Shown piece after piece: positions 60,201 through 64,000 of a DNA stretch of 64,000 bases; positions within the stretch are counted from its first letter, which is position 1; each line of letters begins with the position of its first letter. This DNA comes from Bugula neritina (lineage: Eukaryota > Animalia > Bryozoa). The stretch is from assembly GCA_964035545.1 (NCBI GenBank), contig OZ037766.1, positions 18,067,081 to 18,131,080 of the forward strand, read 5' to 3'. Position numbers and translations under genes: made by a program. The notes under the pieces were generated by a model. That model did not search any database, was not told the origin of the DNA, and saw nothing but the letters and a program-made list of their open reading frames with translations.

Positions 60201-63200
60201 AATTTATTGTAACATACTGAAATATACTGCAACATACTGAAATACACTGTAACATACTGAAATATATTGCAAAATACTGCAACATACTGAAATACACTGT
60301 AACATACTCAAATACATTGTATCATACTGGAATATGCTATAACCCACTGAAATATACTGCAACTTACTGAAATATACTGTAACATACTGAAATATACTGC
60401 AACATACTGAAATACACTGTAACATACAGAAGTACGCTGTAACATACAGAAATACACTGCAACATACTGCAACATACTGAAATACACTGTAACATACTGA
60501 AACACACTGCAACATACTGAAATATACTGCAACATACTGGAACATACTGGAATATACTGTAACCCACTGAAATATACTGCAACATACTGAAATATGCTGC
60601 AAGATACTGAAACCTACTGAAATACACTGTAACATACTGAAATACACTGCAACATGCTGCAACATACTGAAATACACTGTAACATATTGAAATACATTGC
60701 AACACATTGAAATAAGTTGCAAGATACCGAAATATGCTGCAACATACTGAAAGACACTAAAACTCACTGAAGTATAGTGAAAAATTTAAAAATGCACTGT
60801 GGCATACTGAAATATACTGAAACACGCTGAAATATACTGGAACATACTGAAATAAACTGTAACATACTGAGATATACTGCAAGATACTGAAATATACTAC
60901 AACTCACTGAAGTATAGCGTAATTTGCAGAAATGTACTGTAACACACTGAAATTTATTGTATCATACTGAAATATACTGCAACGTTCTGAAATACACTGT
61001 AACATACTAAAATATATTGCAAAATACTGCAACATACTTAAATATACTGCAACATACTGAAAGACACTAAAACTCACTGAAGTATAGTGTAATATCTGCA
61101 AATGCACTGTAACATACTGAAATTTACTGTAACACACTGAAATATACTGTAACATACTGAAATATACTGTAACATACTGAGATATACTGCGAGATTCCGA
61201 AATATGCTACAACTCACTGAAGTATAGTGTAATTTACGGAAATGTACTGTAACATACTGAAATTTATTGTAACATACTGAATTATACTGCAACATACTGA
61301 AATACACAGTAACATACTGAGATATACTGCAAGATACTGAAATATACTACAACTCACTGAAGTATAGTGTAATATCTGCAAATGCACTGTAACATACTGA
61401 AATTTACTGTAACACACTGAAATATACTGTAACATACAGAAATATACTGTAACATACTGAGATATACTGCAAGATACTGAAATATACTACAACTCACTGA
61501 AGTATAGTGTAATTTAGGGAAATGTACTGTAACATACTGAAATTTATTGTAACATACTGAATTATACTGCAACATACTGAAATACACTGCAACATACTGA
61601 AATACACTGTAACATACTGAAAGACACTAAAACTCACTGAAGTATAGTGTAATATCTGCAAATGCACTGTAACATATTGAAATTTACTGTAACACAGTGA
61701 AATATACTGTAACATACTGAGATATACTGCAAGATACTGAAATATACTACAACTCACTGAAGTATAGTGTAATTTACGAAAATGTACTGTAACATACTGA
61801 AATTTATTGTAACATACTGAGTTATACTGCAACATACTGAAATACACTGTAACATACTGAAACATATTGCAAAGTACTGCAACATACTGAAATACACTGT
61901 AACATACTGAAAGACGCTGTATCATAATGAAATATACTATAACCCACTGAAATATACTGCAACATACTGAAATATACTGTAACAAACTGAAATATACTGC
62001 AACATACTGAAATACACTGTAACATACAGAAATACACTGCAACATACTGCAGCAAACTGCAACATACTGCAACATACTGAAATACACTGTAACATATTGA
62101 AATACACTGCAACACATTGAAATATGCTTCAACATACCGAAATATATGGTAACCTACTGAAATATGTTGCAAACTACTGAAATATACTGCAACATACTGC
62201 AACTTAATGAAATATACTGTAACACACTGAAATATACTGCACAATACTGCAAAATACTGTAACATACTGAAACATACTGCAACATCCTGAAATATACTGC
62301 AACATGCTGAAATATACTGCAAGACACTGAAACCTACTGAAATACACTGTAACATACTGAAATACACTGCAACATACTGCAACATACTGAAATACATTGT
62401 GACATATTGAAATGCATTGCAACACATTGAAATATGTTGCAAGATACTGAAATATAATGCAACATACTGAACGATACTAAAACTCACTGAAGTATAGTGT
62501 AATACCTGAAAATGCACTGTGATATACTGAAATACACTGTAACACATTGAAATATACTGCAAAATACTGAAACATACTGAAATATATTGCAAAATACTGC
62601 AACATACTGAAATACGGTTTAACATACTGAAATACACTGTAACATACTGATATGCACTGCAACATACTGAAATACACGGCAACATACTGGAACATACTGG
62701 AATATACTGTAACCCACTGAAATATACTACAACATGCTGAAATATGCTGCAAGATACTGAAACCTACTGAAATACACTGTAACATACTGAAATACACTGC
62801 AACATGCTGCAACATACTGAAATACACTGTAACATATTGAAATACATTGCAACACACTGAAATAAGTTGCAAGATACCGAAATATACTGCAACATACTGA
62901 AAGACACTAAAACCCACTGAAGTATAGTGAAAAATGTAAAAATGCACTGTGGCATACTGAAATATACTGAAACACGCTGAAATATACTGGAACATACTGA
63001 AATAAACTGTAACATACTGAGATATACTGCAAGATACTGAAATATACTACAACTCACTGAAGTATAGCGTAATTTGCAGAAATGTACTGTAACACACTGA
63101 AATTTATTGTATCATACTGAAATATACTGCAACGTACTGAAATACACTGTAACATACTAAAATATATTGCAAAAAACTGGAACATACTTAAATATACTGC

Positions 63201-64000
63201 AACATACTAAAAGACACTAAAACTCACTGAAGTATAGTGTAATATCTGCAAATGCACTGTAACATACTGAAATTTACTGTAACACACTGAAATATACTGT
63301 AACATACTGAAATATACTGTAACATACTGAGATATACTGCGAGATACTGAAATATGCTACAACTCACTGAAGTATAGTGTAATTTACGGAAATGTACTGT
63401 AACATACTGAAATTTATTGTAACATACTGAATTATACTGCAACATACTGAAATACACTGTAACATACTGAAAGACACTAAAACTCACTGAAGTATAGTGT
63501 AATATCTGCAAATGCACTGTAACATATTGAAATTTAGTGTAACACAGTGAAATATACTGTAACATACTGAAATATACTGTAACATACTAAGATATACTGC
63601 AAGATAATGAAATATACTACAACTCACTGAAGTATAGTGTAATTTACGAAAATGTACTGCAACATACTGAAATTTATTGTAACATACTGAATTATACTGC
63701 AACATACTGAAATACACTGCAACATACCGAAATACACTGTAACATACTGAAAGACACTAAAACTCACTGAAGTATAGTGTAATATCTGCAAATGCACTGT
63801 AACATATTGAAATTTACTGTAACACAGTGAAATATACTGTAACATACTGAAATATACTGTAACATACTGAGATATACTGCAAGATACTGAAATATACTAC
63901 AACTCTCTGAAGTATAGTGTAATTTACGAAAATGTACTGTAACATACTGAAATTTATTGTAACATACTGAATTATACTGCAACATACTGAAAAACACTGT
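54049..64000 (+). repeat. Copy 2 (visible part) of the 54,048-bp-offset direct repeat
   Basis: Matches 1-9952. Differences noticed: G6917 vs T60965 and A9527 vs T63575. Confidence 0.96.

Larger units (their letters stand above)
1..64000 (+). repeat. Tandem satellite DNA array, 10-bp monomer / 20-bp dimer (TGAAATAYAC-TGYAACATAC), single orientation, runs off both window edges
   Basis: Every 10-bp block is a variant of TG-N-AA-Y-A-Y-AC. I saw no unique sequence, inversion or foreign insertion. The four commonest decamers together give 45% A, 25% T, 20% C and 10% G. Confidence 0.98.

Noticed and set aside
357-63997. Hundreds of minus-strand ORFs (up to 329 aa) rich in C/Y/S/V/Q/F
   Set aside because: They overlap in all three frames with the same periodic peptide, follow directly from a 10/20-bp monomer lacking minus-strand stops, end at arbitrary variants, and resemble no domain I recognise.
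1-64000. Assignment to a named satellite family, species or centromere
   Set aside because: I do not recognise the monomer with confidence and see no CENP-B box. A Dfam/Repbase/BLAST search and CENP-A data are needed.
1-64000. Transposon, LTR, rRNA/tRNA or promoter elements
   Set aside because: No non-satellite sequence, terminal inverted repeats, target-site duplications or structured RNA signatures were seen. TATA-like words are simply part of the monomer.

Overview
The whole 64 kb is one uninterrupted, single-orientation, AT-rich satellite array, most likely eukaryotic. I can support no protein-coding gene, RNA gene, transposon or CRISPR array. The monomer is a 10-bp unit (TG-N-AA-Y-A-Y-AC: TGAAATATAC, TGAAATACAC, TGTAACATAC, TGCAACATAC), mostly alternating as a 20-bp dimer. 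It is punctuated by a conserved landmark core (AACTCACTGAAGTATAGTG) that occurs in two contexts, A and B, usually exactly 140 bp apart. Above this sit nested higher-order duplications with offsets of 1.3, 1.66, 2.33/2.44, 3.47, 3.87, 4.77, 8.6, 11.5 and 12.8 kb, and a near-identical 54,048-bp super-period (1-9952 = 54049-64000; two substitutions spotted). Only four distinct indel types break the 10-bp register in 64 kb, and their sum exactly accounts for the super-period (5406 decamers minus 12 bp). The many minus-strand ORFs are a by-product of the monomer lacking minus-strand stop codons. The interest of the window lies in satellite architecture and evolution, not in coding content. The organism and satellite family cannot be identified from the sequence alone.
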